From positions 3,224,001 through 3,288,000 of the forward strand of contig CM068748.1 of NCBI GenBank assembly GCA_035084275.1: a DNA stretch of 64,000 nt. The letters run 5' to 3'. The notes beneath the pieces are model-generated. The model was not told the origin of the DNA. It searched no databases and saw nothing but the letters and a program-made list of their open reading frames with translations. Source of the DNA: Hydrolagus colliei (Eukaryota). The translations under genes and the position numbers were made by a program. Of this stretch, positions 1-13,300 are shown piece by piece (position 1 is the stretch's first letter; each line of letters opens with the position of its first letter).

Positions 1-362
1 CTTTCCCCCTACAAGCCCACCCGGACCCTCCGTTCAGCAGGACCTGGCCTTCTCCAAGCCCCCCGCCCGAACCGCCCCACCATCGGAGGCTGGGCCTTCA
101 GTTTTTCTGCTCCGACCCTATGGAATTCCATCCCCCAATCCCTCCGTCTCGTTTCTTCCCTTTCCTCTTTCAAGGCCGGTTTGAAGACTTTCCTCTTCGA
201 CCGTGCCTTTTGTTCCACCCCGAATTTTTCGACCTCCCCTACATGTTTCACCTCTTCCCGTACACTCCCCTCTCAGCTCGGGTCACACGCCTCCTGTGCA
301 GCGCCTTGGGACGTCCTCCCGACGTGAAAGGCGCTTTATAAATGTAATTTGTTGTGTGTTGT
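1..362 (+). mobile_element. L2-clade LINE 3' end (ORF2 C-terminus, 3' stem-loop and TTG-like tail), continues upstream of window
   Basis: Frame +1 is open from 1 to 327 and reads YKPTRTLRS...GGWAFSFSAPTLWNSIPQSLR..SLSSFKAGLKTFLF, an L2 ORF2 terminus. It ends in GCGCCTTGGGACGTC...GACGTGAAAGGCGC followed by TTTGTTGT. Retained CpGs suggest a young copy. Confidence 0.85.
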
Positions 363-707
363 CATAGGTTTTAGTACATAATGTGAAAAATGGCAGCTGA
401 GGTTCTACTGCAAACCAAGCTATCTTTATTCTAATAAGGATTAGTGTATGGGAATGTTACTCAGGTAGTTTTTGACTTCTGTACAAACTATCCTGTTTTT
501 TTTTTTAAAAGTTACATGAATTAGGAAAGCTACCCATTTAAAAAAAAATTCACAAACCACCTTGTTTATAAAATTAAATAGAATATTTTTATCGATGGTA
601 TTTCCTTCCCGCGGGCTCCTATGACATCCTTCCCCAGAAGTTGGCTGATGTGCTCCATGATTATCAGTTGGAAGGAATCAAAGAGCCATCTCATATTATT
701 AATAATA

Positions 708-898
708 CAATAAAAGCCCGTTTATCCAGCACCTGCTGGATATTCGGCCGAAAACGCAAAATAAAAATTAAAAGAAATACATTTTTTTCAATGCATTTTT
801 CCGAATAAATTCCGGTTAATTGAATGCACTTTTTTTTTGTGATGCCGGTTATACGGAAGTTTTTGTTGATCGGGTGCCGGATAAATGGGCTTTTACTG
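708..898. mobile_element. Tc1/mariner-pogo type MITE, short copy
   Basis: TIRs CAATAAAAGCCCGTTTATCCAGCACC and GGTGCCGGATAAATGGGCTTTTACTG, flanked by TA on both sides. Same family as 52825-53617. Confidence 0.85.
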
Positions 899-1354
899 TA
901 ATAATTCTGGCATTTTATGTTATGTCTTATCACATCATCGAGATGGCTCAAAGTTCCTCTGTAAAATAGATCGATTATGTATTTTCGTGGGTGAAAATTG
1001 TTCCACATGAATAAATGGCAAAGATAGCATGCTTCAAATGATGAACCCGGTATGTGAGAGTAGGGCGTAAAGGTTTTTATATTGCAGCCTGTTGGAATGG
1101 CATTATACAAGGGCAATTCTTCTATTTTAATCTATGAATTTTGTAATGTATTATGGGCTTAATCTTATTGGTCTTTTGTTGGTGAAATAGTGACTGGTCA
1201 TGACAAAAACTACATGAAAGAAACTGAATCTAATAGAAACATTTTGTATCTGATTTCAGCTCCTCTGTAGTATCGCGTTCATTTGGCATATGTTCAATCG
1301 TTGATTGTTTTGTGCGAAAGGTTGCAAATCAACAAAATGATCATTCTTTTTCAG

Positions 1355-4300
1355 ACGGGAGACTGGAACTGGCTAAAAGAACTATACCAAAGACTAGTGG
1401 ATCCAAAATGGCAGAGAAAAAAGAAAAGCAGAGAACATTTTTATCAGAAGGCTATTCTTTCTAAATTTTTGTACTATAGGTGAGTAGTGTACTCAGCATA
1501 TAAAGAGAGGCCTTAACATGATTTGATTTTTTTGACCCATATCTGTAAAGGCATATTGTTGCTTTAACTGAGATGTAGCACTCCTAGGCCCAAACCCAAG
1601 TGAAGCGTGTTATGTAAATACAAGTTGTTGCTGTTGTATTTGTTTTCTTTCTTTTCTATCCCCTACCCCCACCCCATCCAAGAATGTTATCAAACGTTAT
1701 TGGTGCAGAAGAATTCTGGCAGGTTTTCTGGTTTAAGTATTTTGGATTCCTGTAACTCAGTACAAGAGACAGACCTGGGTTTGATTTCAGGCAGGTCAGG
1801 GCAAAACCTTGGGCAAGTTTCCTTACTCCACATGCCTGATAATAATCCCTAAAAAAAATTAAAAAAAATTGGTCATTTCAATCCACAACTGTTTGTGGGT
1901 CACTGGTGTGTGTAACTGGCTGCAAAATTTAAAGTCAATTCACTTTACAGTATATTTTGTGAAGCGCTTTGAGAAGTCTAGAAGTCGTGAAAAGCGCGAT
2001 ATCAAATGGAAAGAATATTATTTTGAAAATCTTATGAATATTTTTAGCATCAATGGAGATTGTGGAGCACAAGCAGTTCCAGCTTCAACTCCTATAGCAC
2101 AGACCAATGACCCTCAGGCACAGGCAGCGGAAGTAGAGGAATCTTCCTGGCCAGCACCTCTGGGAACACCAACTTCTGTCCCTGAAGAAGAAAGCTCCCC
2201 AAAACAGGTAACATTTCCTTTTGGTGTAAATCTGTCTGACCTACTTTCTGTTTCAATGTTATTCATGTTTAACGGCGGTATGTTTGACAGTGAAAACTTA
2301 AACAAAAATATGTTGTGTCCATATGTCTGAGATGTGTCAAAGCCTTTCACAGGTTTTACTGTAGAATACACTGACTGGGTGTTTCATAGGCAAACTTTCA
2401 ACCAATTTGTGTGCAACGGTGTCACACAAAAAGCTATGAAGTGAATGTTCAATTGAATCTGGATACAGTGACCAGGACATTTGGAAAAACTCCCTTCTTT
2501 TACCAAATAGTGCTGTGGGATTTTTAATGTCCACCTGAAGAGGCAGGTGAGACTTTGGTTTAATGTCTCATCTGAAAGACAGCACCTCTGACAATGCAGT
2601 GCCCCCCTGCACTGGACTGAAGTGCCAACCTAGACGATGAATATAAAGTCACAATATGGGATTTCCAGTATAGGTAAATCTCTATTTAGGACGGGGTTGC
2701 ATTCCTGAAAAATTGTATCTAGATCGAAAGGTCCTAAATCGAAACACGATTTCCCATGCGGTCCAATTATATAACCAGAGATGCGTTCTTTTCACAAAAT
2801 TTTCGGACCTTAAACCCACTAAGTAACACACAAAACCACACAACATAACACAAATTATCACACATAGGCAAGAAGGGGTTCTTGGGGTAACTGTACAGTG
2901 TTCTACTTTAATACTGGCAAACTTTAATACTGGCAGTGGCACTTACAGCTTCCCCACTCATCTTGATGTTGTGGAGCCCATAGCATCTTTTAAATATTTG
3001 AAACCACCCTCTGCTAGCACTGGAAGATGGTGTCGTTGAGCCTTTTCCTTCCCGATCATTTAACTCCCTAAACAATGATTTTGTCCTCTCTTGGATAACC
3101 AGGGTGTTGAGTGGTATATTAGGCTGGTTTTGATCCTCAATCCAGACACTCAGCATTCTTTCCATGTTTTTCATCACATCACTCCTATGTTTTGCTAATC
3201 TGCTTGCACCTATAGCTGTAACACACCTTGAACTTGCCAGTATATTGTCCATATTCTGTTTTATAGTAGCCACTGTCGATCTAGCTAGCCCTAAATCCCT
3301 CCCGACGTCCATACCTTTTTCACTAGATTCGATGCGCTTTATCACCTCTAATTTGGTATTCAAAGTGATGACTTTGCGGGGTTTCTGGCCGCTAGCGGTA
3401 TTACTGCTGCTCATTTCACTTACTATAAACTTGCTATAAATGCGGTAGTGGCTATAAATCGCTCGGGAATGTTTGGAAATTACTGTAATACTGATGTCAC
3501 TTCAAAATCAGCTGGCTTTTAAACAAACGTAGCGACATGCTATTGGCCAGTTCGAAAGCTTGGATATCAGGTGCGATTTACCCGCGAATACACTATGGAT
3601 TGTGCATATGTACAAATAGGATGCACAAAATGCTACCGCGATATTCAAAATATGTACTGCGTATGCACAAACAAAAATCTTGTTCGTTAAAACAAATCCA
3701 AGTGTCCTATATCGATCAAAAGATGTGAAAAAATTATGATTCTTCAATCGAAATGTCCTAAATAGAAGCATCCTAAATAGAGGCTTACCTGTATATTAAA
3801 TGGAATTTTGCTCCATTAAATGCATTTATTCATATTGTGTAGAATTATTCATTCAAGCAGGAAATGTTCCCCAATTATCCTTTATTGGATTTATTTTATA
3901 ATTAGCTTAGAGGTACTAATTAGTTAATTTACAGCCAAATTTTGCATAGAGTTAGGACATTTAACAAATCCGAGTATGAGTGCAAAATATTTAATTGAAA
4001 TATTTCTTATTCTAAATTGTATGGAAATTTATCAATTGGATCATTATCTTAAAGAAATCCAGATGAAAGTTTAATTTATGAAGAACTAGTTATATGTTTG
4101 TTGGGAATATCGCTTCCTTTTTTTTGAGAGACTGATTTTTATAAATGTATTTTTTTAAGCATTGAAAAATATGCAATACATTAAAAAGGTTGGTGCCTTG
4201 CTACTACCTTGATAATCACATTTTCTATTATCTAGAAATGCATTTGACAAAATTGCATAAAACGTGAACATTGTGAAAATAATACATTTGGTCCTCAAGG

Positions 4301-7300
4301 TGTATTTTAATTTGGATTGGATTTTAAGATGATGATTATAAAATATTCAATACTACTTTTTCTGCCACTGGATGTATACTATAATACTGCATTAGTAAAT
4401 ATTTTGAATGCATATTGGAGGCTTCAAGTATTAAGATTTCTTCAATTTTATTGGAGCTAACCAAATTGTAATGGAGTATCTACTACCAATACATCTGGAG
4501 TGATAAACAAAGCAGTAAATAAGGCTGAATTGAAATTGCGTGAATAGTGAAGCACTGCTTTAGTTAAGTTAAGTTTAGCTTCTGCAAATGACCAATGAAA
4601 TTGAAATTCAATTGACCATTGAAATTCCTTAAAATAAAATAATAAATTGATCACTTCAATCCACGACTGTTTGTGGGAAACTGCTGCCATGGCATGTTTT
4701 GACCACAGAATGTACAGTCATTTCACTTTATATTGGATTCTGTGAAGCGCTTTGAGATGTCACGAAGATGTGATGAGGCGCTATATAAAATTTAAGGATT
4801 ATTATTAGTTGAATTGTGTTGCAGTGTTCATTGAATTGTGCTGTAGTGTTGCAAAGTTGATGAGTGGAACCTAATCTACTGATAAGTTGTTCTATAATAC
4901 CGTTTTCACACTTTTTTCAAATGATAATATAGCATATGTATTGGGTAAAACTATATGTGTTTGCACTTTTTGCAGGACAGTGTTCCTCTGGAAGCCACAT
5001 ATGTGTTAGAGCAGCTGGCCTCTGCTCCGAAAGAACAAAACCTGACTACTTTTTTGAATGAAGGGGAGGACAGTCAGGTATGGTGAAGTTAACCATTTCT
5101 AAATAATTCCTTAGAAGAACGCAATTGTTTATAATGAGTCCCAATTGACTTATTAATAAAATAAATCAGTGTGATTAAATTTACTACAGTTTCATTGTTG
5201 ACTGCTGTTTTAAAAAAAGTTTAATAATTTGTTTTTCATTCTAAAGGGCCTTAAAAATGACTTTGTGAGGAACATTCTCTGGACATTTGAAGATATTCAT
5301 ATGCTTGTGGGTTCTAATATGCCCATATTTGGTGGTGGAAAATATCCAGCTGTGAGTTTAAGACTCAGGTAAATCCTTTCTCTGTTTATTTGTCCAGCAA
5401 ATCTTCTCTTCCAATTATCAGAATCATTTATGTTATTGAGCATATAATTTATGGAATACTGTTAATCTTAGGAAATTTTACACTGCATTAAGATACTAAA
5501 AAGCCTTATTTTGTAATCTTATTTTAGTTGGTCTTGTCAGAACTGCTTGTCCTGATTTCTCTCATGTTATCAAAAATAAAATGATAATTTGGTGAGTTTG
5601 GAAACAATATTCAGATGTGGTCTTTTATTTCTTTTTTCTTTTTAGGGATAGTAACAAGCCAATTAACATATTAACAGGGATTGACTACTGGTTGGATAAT
5701 CTGATGTGCAATGTTCCAGAACTTGTCATGTGTTTTCATGTCAATGGGATTGTGCAGGTAAATATTGTTTGTGATTGCAAAGTTTGCTGGATGGATTGTA
5801 CAGCTTTTGCAGTTTTAAATTTGTAATCACTGAACAGAATTATATTAATGTTTTCCTGTACGCAAAACTAGCTGTGGATTTGGCTAAAGGTTTGCTGCAA
5901 AATGGTGGGTTGAGTAGATTTATGATAAAATACAGCAGTTTCATCTAAAATGGCAATGCAAATTTGGTGCTAATTGAAATAATATGTACCTATACCAGTG
6001 TAATCTATTTGTTTTGTATTTGTTCTGGTTTAGTGATTCGGCATGAGTTTATTATTAAAGATTATCTATACCTGTTTTCAAAGTATGGTGCTTCCTAGTG
6101 CATGCATGAGTTGAGAAGTTTAGGGTTGTAAAGAAGGAACATTTACCTTTTGGGAATATTTGCTTTTTAAGATAATTTTTTTTAGTCACTTGTCAACATT
6201 TTCTGGTTTGGTAAAGTTTGAAAATTTTATTTGGGGGGGTAAGATTGGATACATAGCTGAAGTTAGTACATTTACAAGATGGAAGTTTTGAGAACATAAC
6301 TATAATGTTTCAATCTTTCCAGTAATGGGTTGAACCTCCTCTTCGACGGTCAGATACTCCAAATCCCCGCTTTCCCTCCACCCTCCCTGTCCCCAACTCA
6401 GGTCTGAAACAATGACTCTCCAGCGACATGAAAGGCGCTCTATAAATTTTGTTGTTGTTGTTGTAAGTGTTTGCTTGACTGTAATTTCATCAAGCAGTTT
6501 ATTCTGGTTCCACCAGATACCTTGATTTTGCAGTTTTGAAGCTCTTCCATGTACAATTTTTAAGTTATAATCCATGGAAAGTTATTTTGTTGACTTTGGG
6601 GTGCCCTGTGTCTACATTATTGGGTGTTCTAGGGATATTTATGGCCATCTATGCCTTATTTATTTTTTATATGATATATTTTCAATGTATGATAACAACT
6701 ATGCTACAATATCATAAATCCCATACTTTTCTTATTTCCAATACAGATATATTGACAATGACCATTTTAGATACCTTCTATATAAAATGGAAAGTAGTCA
6801 CTTACCAATTTTCTTAGTGTATGTTGAATTTTCTATTGGTTGTTTTTGTGACTTAATAGAGGTATGAAATGATTAAGACAGAAGACATCCCCAAATTGGA
6901 TAACTCAAGTTTCTCCACAAAGGTAGTGAAAGATATTGCCCAGAATATCCTTTCGTTCCTAAAGTCAAACTGTACTAAAGAGGGGCATACATACTGGCTT
7001 TTTAAAGGTAAGCATGATGAAGTGAATTTGTATTATAATTTAGAGGTAAGGCACTAACACATGACAATTATTACAAATGAAAATGGATTTCACAAAGAAT
7101 GGTGGTAGTACGAGGGGTTGGGGGTGGATTGGATGTGGAGGGGAGAATTCCAATCTAAATGTATGACTTAAATTTTGATCTTTTGGATCTTCTCTGTGGC
7201 TGATGGTTTTGTTTTCTTCCAGCAAGTGGAAGTGATATTGTAAAATTGTATGACCTAACAACCCTTTGTGAAGAAGCAACTGAGAAATACCAAAATCCCT

Positions 7301-10300
7301 TCACAATGCCTGTAGCAGTCTTGCTGTACAAGTAAGTTTTTCTTAAAACAAGTATTGCAGGGAAGTAAATCAATGTGGGGAGAATCACAACTGCAACACA
7401 TTTTTGGCTTGCAAGGAGTTTATCTCTATGGGGCTTGTGTCATTTAAAAATTATGTAAATTCCTTCATCCAAATGGAAAGCCATTCCCATGGGTTGGATG
7501 GTACAATTGTTTCTAAAGAAAATCCAAACATCAGATGGAAATTTACCTACCTCTTATTGGAAGTAATAGGTAATGTTACTAATCTAAATTCATATTTGCT
7601 ATGTAGTGCATAAACTTTAGATTTCCATAAATGTTCTCATGTTTTCTGGTTATCTGTAGTTAAATATTCAAGTGCCATATTTGAATTTAACATGTATTTT
7701 ACAGAGTTGCCAGTAACATGATGTTGAATAAAGTTCAGAACAAGAAACATTTTGGAATCATCAGAACCCTCTTGTTAAATTGCATTAAATTACTCGACAA
7801 AGAAAGTCATCCTCAGGTATAAATTAGTATTCTGTGTTTCTTACTTGCTTCCCTTTCTGGAATAAATCCCTTTACTGGTATCTTTGTTGGGGAATTATAC
7901 ATGCTTAGATTATAAAAGCAATTATCATTATTTAATAAGCAGACTGTTGCATAATGTAGCCTTTTCAATTCTGTCAAATTTCCATGAAAACCTTAACATG
8001 CTGATGAATTTTTAAATGTGTCAGAAATTACTTATTATGGTTCGTACTGAATTAAGTTACATATTACATTCCTATACTACAGAGTAACACTGCAGATCTA
8101 ATAGAATTTAACTGACTTTATCGTCCTGAATATTTAAACAAAACATTGAGCTGTAAAACATGCTCTTAATAGTTTAAAAATGTGATTCATTTATGCAATG
8201 AATAAAATTTAGCAAGAAGAAAATGAATACATTTTCAGAAGACTTAACATTAGTTTTGGTCAGCATGTCTTTTTCATACAGCAGTGTTTAGTGTTACAAC
8301 TTTACTAAAATGCCAGCTGTAGATATGTGACTAAAAGCCACTTTTTCACTGCGTTAAATACTTGTGAAATTATAGCTTTTTAAAAATAATTTATATTATG
8401 TCGTATTTTATGATTTTTCAAGCAGTTATAAATTTGCATGCAGCCTATCTAGGTTAATCCCTTATAAAATCTACTTGTAGTTTGCACAAATTACTTTTTA
8501 AGCGACTAAGATTTAGCTACTACAGCAGAACATTCATGGTTACAAAATCTTCAACCATCATTTAACAGTTTATGCAGATTATAGCTTCTGCCAACTATAT
8601 GATTTCGGAACTATTTCAATTGGATGAACCTCCAAAGCAATATGGAAATGGATCATCAACTCCAAATGAAAACTCTGATGATAGCTATAGTGAAGAAGAG
8701 GAGCTTCCAGAGGACAGTGACGAAAATGGATCCTTCAGCAATGGCTCTGAACCTGTAGACGACAGCAAAGCTGTTGCAATCATTAAATCTGTTGGCGAGT
8801 TGTCTGTACCTGAAAAGTATAAATCAACGCATCAAATAAGGGTACGAGAATTGTTTAAAATAATTTTTTGTACTAATGACATCTATAGTATAGTTGGGGG
8901 TCCATTTTTATTCGAAGTATTGATGAGAATTATAGATCAGAATTGAAAAACTAAGCACATACTTAAGAATTTGTCCAATTCTGGATGTTACATAAATAGG
9001 ATAATTCTAGACCCAGGGGGATTTTCTCATCAATAGATATTTGTATTGGGTAGAGTATGAATCTGATTTCAAAATTTATAGTAGGATAGATATTGTAAAG
9101 GCTATTTAAATTAAGTTAAATTATTTTACACTCTCTTTGTTTTAAAGCCTAGCTGTGCTTTTCCAGTTTGTCATGATACAGAGGAGCGCTGCAGAGTTGC
9201 CCTCAGCTACGTTCTTGAGGTATGTCAATAACTTCATCCAGAAGTGGAATATGCTCACCTTTTGTTACTCCTAAGATATATGTATTGAAGCCATGTTTTT
9301 CTTGGCATTTTTTTCTTCAGCAAGTTTCTTCCAACCTCATCTCTGGAGATGTTGGTCACTTGCTAAAGTACTATTCCATTGGTTGCTTTTCAGTTTCCTA
9401 ATTAATCGGTGTTGAAAATAATTGTAGGACTTTCACTGACACTGTCTGACTTCAGCTAACTTCACACGGTTTGAAATCTGCAAACTGTTGGTCTGTTTCT
9501 CTCTATTGCACTGAATGTTCCTCTATCCAGGCCATTGGGAATTTTTTTTAAGCAAAACTGTTTTTAGTTGGTTCACTGGCTCATTTACAATTTTAAATAC
9601 TTAGTTGCAGCCTATTTCTGCAAGCAGTCAAATTAACTAACAATTAATTGTGAAGGGATTTGACAATTTATCACTTGGATGATTCCAAATAAAATTAAAT
9701 TTTCATATTGTATTAAGCAATTGAAAGTTAGGATTATTTGTGCTTGTCAACAAGTTTTTAAAAGCAAATAAGAAAAATGAATTACTATCAGGGATATTCA
9801 TAACATTTGCCACTTATCTTCTCTGTAAGAGGTTTGTATGTTCTAATGTTTGTGTTGATTGTTTCCATAAGGGGCTGAAGTCTGTTGATGGCAGTATTAA
9901 AAAGGAGAGTGATCTCCCAGCTGCTGACCCCAATATTCCAATCCCTCTAAAGTATGCAGATGAGTCTGAAAGTACAGGCCAAAAAGATTTGGAGAATAAT
10001 ATTGCCCTGTTTTTAGACAAAGGTAATGTTAGTTAAAGAAGCTTTAGTAAATTGAATTGGATGTGTAATTATTGATTTAAGAAATTCACATAGCGTGTTT
10101 GTTTGATCTTCAGTCATTTTTAGAGTACACTGATTTATTTATAGATTTATAGTAAACTCCTGATAACTTGTCAGTCCATGGGGAAAAGGGGCTCAGTGAC
10201 TAGTTATCTAGAGTTCCTACTCCTGGGCCACAAGGGATACTGTACCAGTCCAGACTCTTGGCGGTGTATGGGTATGAATGCTTTGGCCTTTCAAAAGACC

Positions 10301-13300
10301 AGAGATCTTTGCAATGGATCTGAGCATGTGTAAGCCACCTCCACTGAGTGCCTACACATATTAGGATTGAGAGGCCTCTGCAATGCAAGATGCCATTTTA
10401 TAGTACACTAGTTATTGTTCAATTTGACACTAAGTACTTAGAGAATTTTTAGAATGTGACTAGTTGCATGTTAAGCTGAGTGACAAGTAAAGTGGAGTCT
10501 CTTACTAACATTTTGAATGGAGAGCTGGGATATTGACACCATGGCTACTTAATTGCTATTGACCAGTTATCAGGAGTTTACTGTTAATTATTTATAAGAA
10601 CTGCTGATTCATCCTAATAATATTTTGCCAGCTGCTAATTATATTGTAATATTTGTTTATTATTTATGCAATTCGGCATATATTTTTGTACCAGTGTTTT
10701 ACAACCATATTATGTTATTGGTATAGTGGAAGCAGTTCCCAGACTGTCCTACCAGTCTGGTACCCACTGGTTCTTGAGCATATTAGATCATTGAAGTTTT
10801 ATTGATATTGTTAATGTAACATATAAATATTTTGCAACCATAGAGAAGAATTTCAAGGTAATCCTTCCTACTTTTTAAGATATTAATTTGGTTAAAGGTA
10901 CTCTTGTAATGTCATTTTTTTTATTTTTGATGCCTTTGAAATTATTACTTCTTTGATTAATAGTCTGTTATCATTTTGACTTTCGTACCCTATTTCCCAC
11001 AGTGGGCCCAGCTCAGGAGAGAGTTAAACTTCCCAGTCGATCTGGGATGATTCCAGATACGTGGCAGCATCAGTTGAAACAGAAGCTGATTCTCAGAGGT
11101 TCAAAAGCCTACTTTGTTCTCTCAAATGCAGCTGTTAGTCTACAGAAATATGGAAGAGCATTAAGATACATTAAACTGGCTTTGCAGTGTCTTGGTAAGT
11201 GACTAGATGGTAATTATAGGGCAACCTCTTTATGACACTGCTTTGGCTCCATCACATTAGACCAAACAAAGGGTGGTCCCCGTCCCCCAAAAAATGGCTG
11301 CAACTTCCTCAGACTGTCCTGTCAGCCACAAAAGTTTCTAGGGCTAGAAATGTTCCCTGCTGCAGCTGCCTGGCTAATTTCCTGCACAACATGGGCAGTA
11401 ATGTGGGTCTGTAGGTCACCCACATTATAAATGGAATTATGCTCTAGCAAAGTTGCCTTGTCTTTTAGTTTGAGGAAAGGACGTTGAAAAATTAAAGTGT
11501 GAGAATATGGAGAATGCTAAATCAGCTGAGCTCCCAAACTATATTGCAGATCATTATTAACCATTATTGGTTATAAATATTGATAAATAGCAGCTATACT
11601 TGATGCTAGCATTACAATCTTTTGCCTTATTTAAAATCGTCAAATCTTTTCAGCAAGTGTTTTCAGGGGACTGGACCAAACTGGCTTTAATGTAAAGATG
11701 GCTTCTGAGTAAAGGTTTGTTGGTGTATAAGTGTAGAAAAATACAGTGTGCATATAACCTTAAATCAATCTTTTTTAATTGGGTAATGAATCAGTTTCAA
11801 AATATAAATTGTTACTGTTTTCATGGGCCAACAATTTCTACTAGACTACCACTAGTTTGGGTACAGATAACCGGGTGTTTATAGTACAGTATTTAAAATT
11901 GACAGATGGCTGTCATTTTTTTTATCATGTTGATTCTCTTGACAGATGCCTATTGCTGCCTTATTAACAACTTGTCACCTGAAGTCCTGTTCTTTCTTAG
12001 CCAGTGTTTGGCACTTATTGGTGACAATCAGTTAATGTTAGCGCAGAATGCGAGTAATAGAGCAGCTTATCAAGAGGAATATGGCTACCAAACTAAAGAG
12101 GATCAAGAAATTTTACATAGTCTTCACGGAGAGTCTAGTTGTCAAGGTTAGTGTTGATATTCTTGGTGAGTTTGTATATCAAATGAAAATTGTAAACTTA
12201 AAAAGTGTTATAAGTCAAAATGTTGACATAGTAGCTAAACAGAATGAGCAGATTATTCATTGTGCTTTCCAAATATCCATTGTGTAATAATCCATCAAAG
12301 TATTATGACTTTGTTGATAGCTAATTTAAACCTTGCTGTTGTCACTTTTTCTCATTTCCTCTTCGCTACCCAATTAACTTGACAAATAATCTTTCTAGCT
12401 TTCAACTGGGCCACAGAGCTTTATACAGATCTAGAATACCAGCTTTCAGTTAGCTGCAAATGTTACGAAGCAGCAAATGAACTGCTACATTCCTGTGATC
12501 AGAAAGACTGTGTTTTGGAGCAGAATGCGCAAGTGTTAAAGAGACTTGGCAACAGCAGAAATGAAGTTGGAGTTTTTTATATGAATCAGGCTGCTGCTGT
12601 ACAGGCTGAGAAAGCAGGTAAGTGTTGAGATATTAAATACATTACTCTTCTTCCTCATTCTATTCTTCCATTTAACTTTTTTGACAGCTGAAAATAACCC
12701 TTAAGCAACATATTAAAAAGTGCCGCTGCACACACAAGTACTAGCAGTCGTGTAAAACAAAAAGCTAAAATCAGCAATTGATAATGGAATTAAATCTTTG
12801 CAAACTAGTTTCAAGTTGTTCAAATATGGTTTTATTATACAAGTATAATTTGTTTTGCAATAATTTTCTTTTATCATCCAGCAAGCAAAGCCATCACAAC
12901 ACTAGAACAAGAACTTTGGAAAAAGAGCTTCTCTTACTTTGAAAAGGGAATTGTGGACTTTGAGGCTATACAAGACAAAACCAATGCTGCCTTGTTGCTT
13001 TGCAATACCGGGAGATTAATGAGACTTTGTGCACAGGCACATAGTACAGTTGGAAGTGATTTCAAACGAAGAGAATATTCACCTGAGGAGGCTTTATATT
13101 ACAACAAGGTATTTATTTTACGTGGTTTGCTTATATTTTTGAGCATTTTTCTGGTTGACAGCAGATGTACTTAATACTGAAAAGGATAGATCTCCATACT
13201 TCACACAGTAGTGATATGATGGTGTGATTTTAGTATGCTGACTGATACCATGTTAGATAAATAGACTATTGTTCATGCAGATTTTATGAAGGGCACTTCT

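Noticed and set aside
691-1116. 141-aa minus-strand ORF
   Set aside because: It overlaps a MITE and intronic sequence and shows no recognisable domain or exon boundaries.
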